Shown here: positions 29,105-39,592 of the stretch, one piece after another
Layout: every line of letters begins with the position of its first letter
How positions within the stretch are numbered: position 1 is the first letter of the stretch
Assembly (NCBI GenBank): GCA_965277285.1
Contig: OZ255721.1
Location: 160,001 to 224,000 of the forward strand
Length of the DNA stretch: 64,000 nt
Direction: 5' to 3'
Source: Abditibacteriaceae bacterium
GTDB lineage: Bacteria; Armatimonadota; Abditibacteriia; Abditibacteriales; Abditibacteriaceae
Notes under the pieces: model-generated
What the model saw: only the letters and a program-made list of their open reading frames with translations
What the model was told of the DNA's origin: nothing
The model's database searches: none
Translations under genes and position numbers: made by a program

Positions 29105-30190
29105 TCAATTCGTCTGAAACGCACGCGATTTGATGACGGCGACGGAGGCTTTGGGCGCGCCATTGACATCGTAAATGCCTTCCCATCCTTCGATGGCATT
29201 CGCTTTTTGATAGGCCGCGTAGTCGTTCAATGTCCAGAAAAACATCGGGCCAAGACGAATTCCGTGTTTGGTCAAGCGATCAAAGGCCTCGAAATAGTGC
29301 TGGTAAATGACACCCGATTGCTGTGGCGTGACGGCTCCAAAAGGGCCGCCCGTGGGCACGCCAAACTCCGTGAACCAGAACGGTTTTTTCCTGACACCAT
29401 GTTTTATGAGCAGCTTCTGCATGGTGGTCGCTTGCAAGATCGCGTTCCATTGATAAGGTGCCGTCAGCGGGTCTTTGGCTGCTGGATCATTGGCGAACAC
29501 ATAAGGATGAAGTCCGACGCCATCAAACTTCCGCGCGAACTGCGGCACGCTTTCTAAAGCTTCTTGCAGAAAATGCTCGGGCGAGTTCGCATTCAGAGAA
29601 CCTTCGGAAAGTGGGCAAAAGCCGCCGGTAATCACGGGAATCTTCGGGTTCGCCGCTTTGACGGCCTGATAAGACGCGACCACCAGGTTTGCCCACGCCT
29701 TCGCGTCGGGCTGAGGCAGCCAGAAACCGCCGTTCGGTTCGTTCCATATCTCGACGGCGTCGGCTCCATGATGCACCAACTCCGCTGCGTAGTGGGCAAA
29801 TCGGTCATAAAACTTAGGCAACGGTGGCGTATTTAAACCGCTCTGAGCATCGTAGGGGCCGTGACCTCCGTTCGCCCACGCCGGACTGCCCTGTGCCACA
29901 ACCAGAACCTTGAGATGTTGAGCCTTCGCACGCGCGATCCATTGGTCGAACTCTGTCCAACCCATTTTGCCGTCCGATTGCTCTATCCACGCCCAACTGT
30001 ACATGATGCGAACCCAGCCCAATCCCAAAGCCTTGACGTCCTGAGCTGTCTTGTCGTCTCGCAAGTCGGTAAAGACGCCCAACGTCTCGCCTTTGGTGCT
30101 CGCGCTCGATGTCATAGGTCGCAGCATCGTGCCGATTATCACAACCGCAAAAACCACATTCAATGGAAGACGTTTCGCTTTTATAGTCAT
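29105..30190 (-). CDS. Secreted clan GH-A glycoside hydrolase (GH5/GH39-like)
   Basis: EIWNEPN acid/base, GLHPY, WFTEFG nucleophile. Confidence 0.85.
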   Translation of the reverse strand: MTIKAKRLPLNVVFAVVIIGTMLRPMTSSASTKGETLGVFTDLRDDKTAQDVKALGLGWVRIMYSWAWIEQSDGKMGWTEFDQWIARAKAQHLKVLVVAQGSPAWANGGHGPYDAQSGLNTPPLPKFYDRFAHYAAELVHHGADAVEIWNEPNGGFWLPQPDAKAWANLVVASYQAVKAANPKIPVITGGFCPLSEGSLNANSPEHFLQEALESVPQFARKFDGVGLHPYVFANDPAAKDPLTAPYQWNAILQATTMQKLLIKHGVRKKPFWFTEFGVPTGGPFGAVTPQQSGVIYQHYFEAFDRLTKHGIRLGPMFFWTLNDYAAYQKANAIEGWEGIYDVNGAPKASVAVIKSRAFQTN

Positions 30191-30328
30191 TTTCTATTCC
30201 AACCCTTGATGATCGCGCGGCGTTGATGTGCCGTCAGAAAAATGGTGAAGCGAAGTCGTTACTGTGAAACGAAATGAAGTGTAAGGAATCGGGTGCAACA
30301 TTTTGATAACATTGCGCTGAAATTGTGC

Positions 30329-30790
30329 TCAAGGGTTATTTGCTTGCTGCTGAGATGGAGTTTTGAACAAAGAAATCATCATTGCGACCAAGGCCACGAG
30401 GGTTAATATGGCGCCGAAACCGATGCTGCCTTTACCGGCGAGAATGAGCATCAGCAAGCCGATATGGAAAATGCCATAGGCCAGGAGCGCAACACAGATA
30501 TTGCGATTGACGTTGCCCAAACCTGCGAAGCGAATGTATCCCAAAGCCGCAGCGCCCAGAGCAGTTATCACAACCAACCAGTTGGGTAACGACATTCCGG
30601 CCAATGTCAGATCGCCTTGCCATCCGCTCATCGTAATCAGCAAAGGCATTCCCATAAACGGATTTAATCCACCAAAAGGGCTGCCGCTGAAAGTTGTGTT
30701 GGTCGCTTGGAAAGTGCCCCACGGTATAAAGGAGGCGACCACCACGACAAAAGCCCAACTGAGTAGCGCGACAGGGAAGGTTCGTTTCAT
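30329..30790 (-). CDS. Hypothetical membrane protein
   Basis: 153-aa ORF with about four hydrophobic segments. Confidence 0.65.
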   Translation of the reverse strand: MKRTFPVALLSWAFVVVVASFIPWGTFQATNTTFSGSPFGGLNPFMGMPLLITMSGWQGDLTLAGMSLPNWLVVITALGAAALGYIRFAGLGNVNRNICVALLAYGIFHIGLLMLILAGKGSIGFGAILTLVALVAMMISLFKTPSQQQANNP

Positions 30791-30877
30791 GGGAACTTAT
30801 AATAACATGTTGAACGGCGCGCCGATGCGACTTTTATGCGCTTTATGCCAAGTCGTTACGACATCTTTGGCGCCTTT

Positions 30878-30909
30878 AAGCCCATCATCGAGTACTCGAT
30901 GATGGGCTT
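30878..30909. terminator. Perfect 32-bp palindrome centred on TCGAGTACTCGA
   Basis: AAGCCCATCA-TCGAGTACTCGA-TGATGGGCTT, 11 nt past the stop of the 30921-33461 gene. Confidence 0.7.
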
Positions 30910-30920
30910 CAGGTTTGTGC

Positions 30921-33461
30921 TTATTGTTTCATAGCGGCGACGGCGCGGCTGATGGTTTCGTAACCTTTGCCGCTGTTGACTTGCGTGACACCGTCCCAGC
31001 GCAGCGATAGTTCGATGTCGCGCGCCGGAGTTAAAGCAGCGGCGCGTTGCGCTTTCTCGAACTGATTGAACATCCGCAAGGCGTAATAGCAGTTGGCCAG
31101 GCGCGCGGCTCGGGATTTTCGCACGTTGGATTGGAAAGTTTCGGGCGATAGAACATCTTGCGCGCTTTGAGGAACTGTTTTCATCATTTCCGCCACGAGT
31201 TCGGCGCTTGAAGGTGTAGCGGGAGCGTTCTGCAGAAAGTGCGTCAGCGGCACGTAAAAGCGACGGCTTTCGGTCGCCCACCAGACGGGATTCAAAGTGC
31301 GCATTTCTTCCAAACGGTTGAACAATTTTAAGGACGCGGAACTGGCGCTGCGCTCCGGCTTGAAACGCCAAAGATAAGCGCCGCGACTTTGCGTCATCAA
31401 GTCATTGGCCAGAGATTGCTGCTGTATATCGAGTACTCGATCCTGCCGGACAGTGCGAAAATAAGGCGCTGGCGTGGGCTTGAGTTCATCGAGCGCAATC
31501 GCGGAGAACTTGGTGACGGTGCTGTAATTGCGAGCGATTTCTACGGTGACTTGTCGCGGGCCGCGCACCAGAAAACGCTTCCAGACGCCGCTGCGAAAAT
31601 CGTGGACGCGACCGCGCGCGAGTTCGGTTTCGCGGTTGAAATCGCTGACATCGTAAATCGACTGCGCGGGCGAATGTGGGCGAACCGAAATGCGATAATC
31701 GCGGCTGCGTGTCAGGCCGCTGTCGCCGTCGTTGTTGTAAGTGTAAACCGATAAGACGAACTGGCCAGACGGAACGTCGAGCGTCGTGTAAACATTCAAG
31801 TCTTGGCGGTTGTAATTCTTGACAGCGGCCACATCGTTGTCGGAAAAGTCGTTGTTCTCCGATTGGCGACGATTGACTTTCCACGTTGTATATTTGCGCA
31901 AAACACGGCTGTGCAAATAGATTTGCGGGATTTCCAACGAGTTCGCATTGTCGTTGTAAAGCTCCGATACGGAGTAGCGCAGCCACTCGTGCGGCGTGTT
32001 GCTTATACCCGAACGACTGAAGTAAGTGATCGGCTGCGGCCCGGCGCCCCAAAGGTAATTGCCGCCATCTTGCAGCGAAATCATGCTGCACAAGTCGATC
32101 CAGTAGCGGCCATAGCGACCTTGCCAGGCGCCGCGCGTCGCCCAATCGTCGCTCAGCGCGACAACCGCAGGCTCAATATCAGAGCGCGGCACGCTTCCCA
32201 ATTGAGCAAGTAAAGTGTTCAATTCATTCAGAGACGGCGAGGAAGTCACTCTGGGGGAACTCGAAGCCGCATTTGAGTACTTGGTGTTCGGTTGCGCGCG
32301 CTTTGTCGTGTTCGCGCGAAAACTCGATTGCGACAAACCGCTGCCGTAATGTGCCAGCAAAACGCGCCCGTCTGGTAAAGGCAAAATGTCCTTGACGAAA
32401 TCTTTGGCGGCTTCGTCTTTCGAGTCGCGCGTGCTGTCGAAAAGCGTTTTGCCAAGCGACGCATTGAAGACTTGATAAGAAACTTTGCTCGTCATGTTGG
32501 CGCGATGACCAACGTAAATGTGACCTGCGCCATCTTGCGCCAAACACGTTACGTAATCTTCGCACAAGAGCGCGCCCTTTTCTTTCCAGCCGCGCGGCGC
32601 GCCGGAAAGACGCCGACGGACTTTATCGGCGTAATCGCGGCCCCGCAAATAGCGCCATGTCGCGCCGTTGTTGCGGCTCCACGCCAAACCTTGCGTTGTG
32701 GCCACGACAAGAGTTCCATTCTGCGCGCGCAAAACGTCGTTGATCAGGTTCGAGGGCAAGCCGCTGCCCGATGGCTCGCTGCCTGGCAAATCGGAAGCGG
32801 CGCGAGTTTGTCGCCACTTCGAGTACTCGATTCCATCACGTGTCTTGGTGGCGCGACCCACGATTACGCCGTCGACTTGTGTCCCCAGAACGATGTCGCC
32901 GTTGCGCGCGAAGCAAATCGCCTGCACTTTGTCGCTTTGCAAGCCGTCGTCGCGCGTGTAAGTGCGCCACGTTTTGTGCGCCTGCGAATAGCGTGTGACG
33001 CCTTCGTTGGTCGCAATCCACACGTCGCCGTCGAAAGGTGAAACCGCAATCGACCAAACGCGTTCGCCCAAAACGCCGTCCATTACGCCATAATTGCGCC
33101 AGGTTTTGCCATTCCAGATCGATACGCCATTGCGATTGGTTCCCGCCCACACGCGGTTTTGATTATCGACAGCCAGACTGCTGAGGATGGCGTCATTTGG
33201 TAATCCCAAGCTTTTCGCGGAGAAATTGCGCCATGTGGTTCGGTTCGCCTCGCGCATCCACACACCGCGATTTTCTGTGCCGACGAAAACGCGTCCGCGA
33301 TGGTCGCGCACCAAAGCCGTGATCAAGCCGCTTTGATTTTGCAGGTTCCAGACGACCGAAGGCAACGAATTTGGCGATGCAATTTTGGCCATTGCTGTGT
33401 GGCCGGTGGCTAACCAAGTCAACAACAAAGCGGAACAACTCAACGCGGGACGCAAGCTCAT
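30921..33461 (-). CDS. Secreted protein with two-component-regulator-propeller-type beta-propeller repeats and an unknown C-terminal domain
   Basis: Signal peptide; repeats GLPxxxIxxLAxDxxGRVWxGT. Confidence 0.8.
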   Translation of the reverse strand: MSLRPALSCSALLLTWLATGHTAMAKIASPNSLPSVVWNLQNQSGLITALVRDHRGRVFVGTENRGVWMREANRTTWRNFSAKSLGLPNDAILSSLAVDNQNRVWAGTNRNGVSIWNGKTWRNYGVMDGVLGERVWSIAVSPFDGDVWIATNEGVTRYSQAHKTWRTYTRDDGLQSDKVQAICFARNGDIVLGTQVDGVIVGRATKTRDGIEYSKWRQTRAASDLPGSEPSGSGLPSNLINDVLRAQNGTLVVATTQGLAWSRNNGATWRYLRGRDYADKVRRRLSGAPRGWKEKGALLCEDYVTCLAQDGAGHIYVGHRANMTSKVSYQVFNASLGKTLFDSTRDSKDEAAKDFVKDILPLPDGRVLLAHYGSGLSQSSFRANTTKRAQPNTKYSNAASSSPRVTSSPSLNELNTLLAQLGSVPRSDIEPAVVALSDDWATRGAWQGRYGRYWIDLCSMISLQDGGNYLWGAGPQPITYFSRSGISNTPHEWLRYSVSELYNDNANSLEIPQIYLHSRVLRKYTTWKVNRRQSENNDFSDNDVAAVKNYNRQDLNVYTTLDVPSGQFVLSVYTYNNDGDSGLTRSRDYRISVRPHSPAQSIYDVSDFNRETELARGRVHDFRSGVWKRFLVRGPRQVTVEIARNYSTVTKFSAIALDELKPTPAPYFRTVRQDRVLDIQQQSLANDLMTQSRGAYLWRFKPERSASSASLKLFNRLEEMRTLNPVWWATESRRFYVPLTHFLQNAPATPSSAELVAEMMKTVPQSAQDVLSPETFQSNVRKSRAARLANCYYALRMFNQFEKAQRAAALTPARDIELSLRWDGVTQVNSGKGYETISRAVAAMKQ

Positions 33462-33574
33462 AAAGTTCCTTGAAACTCGAAGTTGCTGCTATTATGTCCG
33501 TAACTCTTGAAAAGCGCAATCGAGTACTCGAAACCAGAGCGCGAAACGCCTTTGCTATACTTCCAAGTCCTTTC

Positions 33575-34630
33575 ATGCCAACTTCTCCCGATACAACGCC
33601 AAAACCCAAAGCCGAACGCGATACGCGCTTGCCGCCGCTGTTCGCGCGCGAAAAACACTTGCTGGGATGGCAAGGCTTGACGATCATGCTGCCCAAAAAC
33701 TGGAATCTGGCGCAGTTTGGCGGCACGCATCGCAAAGGTCAGTTGCGCGCTGACGATGAAGACGGGCCGCGTTTAGAAATCAGTTGGGAAAAGCCGTCGA
33801 AAGCCGTCGATATTCCGACCAGCGTGCAGCGATTTCTGCAAACCCTGGAGCGCGACGCCAAAAAACGTAAATCGCGTTTCGTGCCGGAAGACAAAGCGCG
33901 TGTTGTCGCTAAATCGCGCAAGCGCAAAGACCAATTGACCAGTTTCGGTTGGACGGGCGAGCGCGACGAACCTAACGGACAAGGCTGGGGCGTCGCTTGG
34001 CATTGTCCCGATTGCGGACGCGTCGTGGTCGGTCACGTCATCGGGCGTGGATCAGAAAAGCCGGATCGCGTGCGCGAATTGGCTGCGTCCGTCCTCGAAA
34101 GCCTGGAATGTCACGGGCAGGGCGGCTGGGAAACATGGAGCGTTTTCGATCTGCGCTTGGAAGTGCCGCAAGAGTTTGAACTGGAACGCGCCAAACTGGT
34201 TACCGGCAAGCTCGAACTGGAATGGATTCGTCCGCGCCCCGCCGGTGCGATGGCGTGGTCAAAACGCGATGAACGTCTTGCACTGGCGCGCTTTTCCCTG
34301 GCGTCGTCGGTTTTGCACGAGGAAGATTTGGAAGAATGGGCGCATCGCGTCGTTAAGCCGTTGGACAAAAAACGCTTGATCTACGGCAAGTTGGAAGAGC
34401 GCGAAACGACGGAACATCCGGGCGTTTACACGCGCGGCGCCATCAAAGATTTTCGTCACCGCTATTTGTTTTACGCCATTGATTGGCTTTTTCGTCGCCC
34501 GCGAATGTTGACCGAATTGCGCGCCTGGCATTGCGCACCATCCAACAAATTGTTCGCCTTTCGTTCTAATTTGTTGCCGAAAAACGAACACGTTGTCGCT
34601 GACGTTTTGGATTCGCTGCAATGTCATTGA
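33575..34630 (+). CDS. Hypothetical protein
   Basis: Long ORF with two internally similar halves (WHCPDCGR / WHCAPSNK). Start uncertain. Confidence 0.7.
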   Translation: MPTSPDTTPKPKAERDTRLPPLFAREKHLLGWQGLTIMLPKNWNLAQFGGTHRKGQLRADDEDGPRLEISWEKPSKAVDIPTSVQRFLQTLERDAKKRKSRFVPEDKARVVAKSRKRKDQLTSFGWTGERDEPNGQGWGVAWHCPDCGRVVVGHVIGRGSEKPDRVRELAASVLESLECHGQGGWETWSVFDLRLEVPQEFELERAKLVTGKLELEWIRPRPAGAMAWSKRDERLALARFSLASSVLHEEDLEEWAHRVVKPLDKKRLIYGKLEERETTEHPGVYTRGAIKDFRHRYLFYAIDWLFRRPRMLTELRAWHCAPSNKLFAFRSNLLPKNEHVVADVLDSLQCH

Positions 34631-34644
34631 AGTTGAACCCGATG

Positions 34645-34718
34645 AACGAACCCGAAGCGTAAGCGACGGGTCTTCTACGGCTTTACACAAGACCCGTCGC
34701 TGACGCTTCGGGTTCGTT
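34645..34718. repeat. ACGAACCCGAAGCGT REP-like inverted repeat
   Basis: AACGAACCCGAAGCGTAAGCGACGGGTCTT ... AAGACCCGTCGCTGACGCTTCGGGTTCGTT. Confidence 0.85.
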
Positions 34719-34728
34719 ATTGTCCCCC

Positions 34729-36621
34729 ATGAAAACCGTGTTTCGCTTGCTTCCTTTCGCCGTCGCGTTTGCTTTTCCTTCCGCTTGCGCCGCGCAAACC
34801 GCTGCGACTTCCACCGATTCGAGTACTCGAAACGATGCGTATCAAACGCTCGAACGCGGGCGCGTTTTGTTGTCGATTAATGATGCGCGCGCTTTGCCGA
34901 TTTTGCGCGAGGTGGCGCGCCGCGCTTTAAGCGATTTTCAAGCGCAGCCGCAAAATGCCGTTCAAAAGGATGCGGCTGTGACGGCGTGTTTGTGGTGGGG
35001 CAAAGCCGCGCAGACCTTCAACGTGCGCGACGAAGCCATCGAAGCCTGGGCGCAAGGTTTGGCGACGATTCGCACTTTTGCGGACGCGAACAGTTTCTCC
35101 AACGTCGCGGTTTCCGCAGATGAACGCGATTTACGCGCATTGCTCAATACGGTTTTGCTGGATGGTTTGCCCTTGCGCGCGACCACGCAAACGCTGCAAA
35201 CCTTATCTGTCGAAGTGGCGAAAAGCAGTTGGAAACCGACGCTTGACACGTTCAAGATTCCCAATCTTGGTTTGCCAATCGAGTACTCGAAAGTCGCGTC
35301 CGCGAATGCGCCTGATGCAACATCGCGCGAGTTCTTAATCACCAGCGGAACGTTGTCGTTGTCGAATGTGCGCACGCCGTCGTTATACGCAAGTTTCGAT
35401 GCGGCGACTTTGCCAACAACGTTGAAAATGAATCGTGCAGTCGTCGGTTATGCGCGCGACGGCGACGTATGGCAGCAAAAAGTGCGCGTCTTGTATTGCT
35501 TGGTCGATGACGCTGAACAAACGCGCGCGGAAGAAGTGACAGCACAATTCCTGCGCGTTCAATCATTGTATGACAACTTTTTGGGACAAACCAATCGTTA
35601 TGCGACCGATGGCGTGACGACGTTGTGGCTGACGCGCCAAAGCGCCGAATGGCCGCAAACCTCGCCCGCCGACAACTGGAGCGCCGGAGCGTGGATTGAT
35701 TCCGCGCCCGATCAGATGATTTTGTTTCGCAGCGGCGAAGCGCGTCCCGAAGCCGAATGGTTGCGCGAAACAGCGCACGAATATTCGCACATCGCATTGC
35801 CGCCGTTCGCTGGTTTCGAGTTGCCGCTGGAACCTTTCGGCAACGGACGCATCGGCGAAACCTTGACCATGTTGTGGGCGGACGCTTCGCCTTCTTCGTT
35901 TTTCAGTTCAGACGAACAAAGCGAAGCGCAGAAAAACTGCGAAGTTCATGTTCAGCGCCACGCGATTCCGGCTTTGATGACCTGGTTGAAAACCGATCCG
36001 GCCAAGCCTCTTTCGCTGTCCGGCGATCAAAATGCCTTGAATCAATTGTTGGGTTTGGCGATTGAAATCGAGCGCGTTTATGGCGCTGATGTCTTACGTC
36101 GTTCTCTCAATGCCGCTTCCAATGGCAATTATGCGACGTGGCGCGAATCGGGAATCGAGTACTCGATGCGCCGCACAACAACGCGCAAGCCAATGGTTTT
36201 GCATGCCTCAGATTTGTTGCGCGCCTTTCAAAACGTGATGCACGTCGTTCCTGCGAATACCGCGATCTGGTTGACCGGCGCACTGCAACATCGAAGCGCC
36301 AGCGGATCAATTATTGATTTTTTGCCCGATGAATTGGCGCGACGCGCGCCCTTGGTGTTGAAAGCAGGCGAAAGCGCCACCGGTTGGATTTATTTTCCTA
36401 CCAACGCCAAAACGTTGCGCCTTGACTATAAGGACTTGTCGTCCAACAAGGCAGCAGCGGCACAAACCATTATCCAAATTGAAGGCGATTGGAAAACCAC
36501 CATCACGCGCCATACGCTGACAATCGCTGTCGGTCGCAGAACGGGTTGGCAGAAGATTACGGTGCGCGCCGTTCGTGCTGCGACTTTGAATGGCGCGCAG
36601 TTCGAGCGCAACGCCTTATAG
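34729..36621 (+). CDS. Secreted hypothetical protein with HExxH motif (possible zincin peptidase)
   Basis: Signal peptide; RETAHEYSH followed by a downstream Glu (GRIGE). Confidence 0.7.
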   Translation: MKTVFRLLPFAVAFAFPSACAAQTAATSTDSSTRNDAYQTLERGRVLLSINDARALPILREVARRALSDFQAQPQNAVQKDAAVTACLWWGKAAQTFNVRDEAIEAWAQGLATIRTFADANSFSNVAVSADERDLRALLNTVLLDGLPLRATTQTLQTLSVEVAKSSWKPTLDTFKIPNLGLPIEYSKVASANAPDATSREFLITSGTLSLSNVRTPSLYASFDAATLPTTLKMNRAVVGYARDGDVWQQKVRVLYCLVDDAEQTRAEEVTAQFLRVQSLYDNFLGQTNRYATDGVTTLWLTRQSAEWPQTSPADNWSAGAWIDSAPDQMILFRSGEARPEAEWLRETAHEYSHIALPPFAGFELPLEPFGNGRIGETLTMLWADASPSSFFSSDEQSEAQKNCEVHVQRHAIPALMTWLKTDPAKPLSLSGDQNALNQLLGLAIEIERVYGADVLRRSLNAASNGNYATWRESGIEYSMRRTTTRKPMVLHASDLLRAFQNVMHVVPANTAIWLTGALQHRSASGSIIDFLPDELARRAPLVLKAGESATGWIYFPTNAKTLRLDYKDLSSNKAAAAQTIIQIEGDWKTTITRHTLTIAVGRRTGWQKITVRAVRAATLNGAQFERNAL

Positions 36622-36837
36622 ATATTTTGTTCACGTTTGTTTTCGGCAATACGTTATTGCGGCGAAGCAGCCTGCGCTTGACGCCAAGTCATCTACGAAA
36701 AATATTCTTGAAAATCACTCCAGTAAATGTTTGAAGAACCCCGGAACTGGGTATATATAAAAGAACAGCTTAATGGATTTAGTAGATTTGAATAACGACC
36801 AGGGTGGACGAATGTTGAGAAGTCTACACTTCCACGG

Positions 36838-36851
36838 CTAAAACGTTTAAC
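36838..36851. promoter_or_regulatory. Putative LacI-family operator
   Basis: CTAAAACGTTTAAC near-palindrome with AAACGTTT core, about 100 nt upstream of a LacI-family gene. Confidence 0.5.
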
Positions 36852-36872
36852 CTATGGTTTGGCAGAAGCACG

Positions 36873-36918
36873 AAGTTGTCGCGTAAAGCTGTCGCGTAAA
36901 GTTGTTGCGTAAAGCTGT
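36873..36918. repeat. 13-bp tandem repeat, 3.5 units
   Basis: AAGTTGTCGCGTA AAGCTGTCGCGTA AAGTTGTTGCGTA AAGCTGT. Confidence 0.85.
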
Positions 36919-36948
36919 GGATTGAGCGAGTGGGGACGTGATTTCATT

Positions 36949-38133
36949 ATGAGAATCAGCGAGATTGCAACGAGAGCGGGTGTGTCTTCGGCGACGGTCT
37001 CGTTTGTGTTGAACGACCGCCATGTCGAGCAGCGCATCAGCGAGAAGACGCGCAACAAGGTTTTGGAAGTGGCGGAAGAATTGGGTTACCGCTCCAATCA
37101 AATGGCGCGCGCCATGCGGACTGGCAATTCGCTGATGCTGGGAATGTTGGGCGGCGATACCAGTCAGGAGCCGGTCGGGAAAATGGTGGCGGGCGCGCTG
37201 CAAGCGGCGGACGAACAAGGTTATACGTTGAAGATTTTGCGCGATGCGGAGGGCAGCAGCGCGCAACAAGTGATTCGTCGTTGTTCGGAATTGCGTTTGA
37301 TGGGCGTGATTGCGCTGCATCTGCCGTTCGCCACGTTGTCCGAATTGCACACGGAAGCGCGTCGCTACGGTTACCCTTTGGTGCTGATGGACGCGCGTTC
37401 GGACACGCCGGAGATGACGCAGGTCGTATCGGACGACGAGGCGGGTATCGCTGCGGGCGTGGAATTGTTGGTCAAGCTCGGACATTCCCGCATCGCGTTT
37501 ATTTCAGGTCAGGCTTCATCGACGTTGTCGGCGTTGCGCGAAAACGCGTTCGTGGGCGCGATGCACCATCACAACCTGGATTTACCGGCTCATTGCGTTA
37601 CACGCGGCGACTATTATTTGCGCGAACCTTCGATTGAGGTGGCGCGCGCTCTGTTGGAATTGCCTCCGTCACAACGCCCCACAGCGATTCTCTGTTCGGG
37701 CGACTTGATTGCGATGGCGACTTTGCAAGTGGCTCACGAACGAGGGTTGTCGGTTCCGCGCGATGTTTCGGTCATTGGCTTTGCAAATATGGGCGTTTCC
37801 AATTTTGCCATTCCTCAACTGACGACGATTGAGCAGCCGTTTATGGATATGGGACGCACCGCCGTCAACTTGCTGCTGGAAATCGCGGGACAACAAGACA
37901 GCGCGAAATCCGGCCAGGCTGTTCTGGCCCAAAGAAAGTCAATTGATATCCGCGAAGGCTCAGTCCGCGAAGGCTCAGTCGCTTTTTCGACGGACGAGAG
38001 CAGCGGCCCCGTGCGTTCTTCGCTTGTGAATTCGAGTACTCGATTGGAGGCGCCAAACCGCAATATCCATCTTTTGCCGACGCGCTTGGTGGAACGCGCT
38101 TCAACCGCGCCGCCGCTTCCAGTTACCTTTTGA
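36949..38133 (+). CDS. LacI-family transcriptional regulator
   Basis: ISEIATRAGVSSATVSFVLN HTH, VPRDVSVIGF, LTTIEQP, LVERAST. Confidence 0.93.
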   Translation: MRISEIATRAGVSSATVSFVLNDRHVEQRISEKTRNKVLEVAEELGYRSNQMARAMRTGNSLMLGMLGGDTSQEPVGKMVAGALQAADEQGYTLKILRDAEGSSAQQVIRRCSELRLMGVIALHLPFATLSELHTEARRYGYPLVLMDARSDTPEMTQVVSDDEAGIAAGVELLVKLGHSRIAFISGQASSTLSALRENAFVGAMHHHNLDLPAHCVTRGDYYLREPSIEVARALLELPPSQRPTAILCSGDLIAMATLQVAHERGLSVPRDVSVIGFANMGVSNFAIPQLTTIEQPFMDMGRTAVNLLLEIAGQQDSAKSGQAVLAQRKSIDIREGSVREGSVAFSTDESSGPVRSSLVNSSTRLEAPNRNIHLLPTRLVERASTAPPLPVTF

Positions 38134-38259
38134 GACAACCCATCCTCATTGTGGGCCAGTGACTTCGACTGGCCTTTTATAGCTTTCCTGCGAACCTTGC
38201 TTTGCGTGCAGAATGAGTCTGCCCCGACCGGCCAAAATCATAAGGCCAAGGAGTTCGAG

Positions 38260-39096
38260 ATGAATACTTCGTTTGGTGCGCGTCGTCCCTTGAAGAAGTC
38301 AAACGGCTTCACGTTGATCGAGTTGCTGGTCGTCATTGCCATCATCGCCATTCTGGCGGCAATTTTGTTTCCGGCCTTCGCCAAAGCGCGCGAAAGTGCC
38401 CGCCGTGCTTCGTGCTCCAGCAATTTGAAGCAGATCGGGCTTGGCATCATGCAGTATGCGCAGGAGTATGACGAGAGCTACCCAAATGGCATGGGCAGCA
38501 ATTTCGACAACAACTGGGCGTCAAATACGCAACCCTACATCAAGTCAATCGATGTTTTTCATTGTCCCTCAGAAACCAGCACGGCCTTTCCTACAGGTAT
38601 CACAATAGGCGGTTATTTTGGCGCGCCTATTTCCTACGCGGGAAATGCTCTCACTGTTTATCGTAATGGTGCGAACCGTAACCTTGGCGTGCTGGGTGCG
38701 AGCCAGGGATGGATTGCAGACGTGCCGACCAAGATGTCAACTGTGCAGCGTCCTTCCGATACCGTTATGGTCACGGAGAAGCTGAACGGCGATGTCATGG
38801 GGCATACCGGAAACACTGTTGCCAACTTCTCCTTCTGGGGTCCGCCGTCTTTGTTCACCAACGAAGGGTTCTGGGACGCGCCGTATGGTGCTCAAGAAAT
38901 TCCAGACGGCACAAAAGCCGCGTCAACTTCGAGCAACTATCCAAATGGCGCAAATGGAGCTGTCTCCACGCCGCACCTTGAAACAGCGAACTTCCTCTTT
39001 GTGGATGGCCATGTCAAATCCATGCGGCCTATCGCCACCAATCCCGACCCCGTCAACCACCCCGAATTGAATATGTGGGATGCAACTCGTTCATAA
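38260..39096 (+). CDS. DUF1559 / prepilin-type N-terminal, H-X9-DG domain protein
   Basis: [57 protein letters not shown]. Confidence 0.92.
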   Translation: MNTSFGARRPLKKSNGFTLIELLVVIAIIAILAAILFPAFAKARESARRASCSSNLKQIGLGIMQYAQEYDESYPNGMGSNFDNNWASNTQPYIKSIDVFHCPSETSTAFPTGITIGGYFGAPISYAGNALTVYRNGANRNLGVLGASQGWIADVPTKMSTVQRPSDTVMVTEKLNGDVMGHTGNTVANFSFWGPPSLFTNEGFWDAPYGAQEIPDGTKAASTSSNYPNGANGAVSTPHLETANFLFVDGHVKSMRPIATNPDPVNHPELNMWDATRS

Positions 39097-39185
39097 CCTG
39101 TGAACGACCTTTTACCACTTGTCCAACGGAGAAAATGGGATTTGCAGATTTCGTTTTCTTCGTTGGACTGGAGAATATTTACGCT

Positions 39186-39404
39186 ATGAACAAACCCTTG
39201 AAGAACTTCTTTTATCTCGGCTGTGGCATCGTTGTCCTTGCGTTGGCTGGTTGTGGCGGAAGCAGCAATTCCACACCCAGCGCAGAAGATGTAAAAGGAT
39301 TCAGAGGCGGCGGCCAAATGACGAGTCAAGAGGCTGACTACATGAAAAAGAAGATGCAGGGCGCGCAGACGCCAGCGCCTGGACAACCAGCGCCGCCCAA
39401 ATAA
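39186..39404 (+). CDS. Small lipoprotein
   Basis: GGAG RBS, lipobox LAGC. Confidence 0.7.
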   Translation: MNKPLKNFFYLGCGIVVLALAGCGGSSNSTPSAEDVKGFRGGGQMTSQEADYMKKKMQGAQTPAPGQPAPPK

Positions 39405-39592
39405 GAACTGCATTAGCACCGCAGTAAAGTTTTCGTGAGAATGCGTCTTTTACTCTGTGTCCTCGTGGCGTTTTAACCAGACTGTCTAACAAAATAGCCG
39501 CGAAAAAGCGCGTGCGCAAGGTCTGTGATAAGACCCGCGAGCGCGCTTTTTACTCATTAATAAAGAGGGCGGAACTATTCCAATTTCAATCC

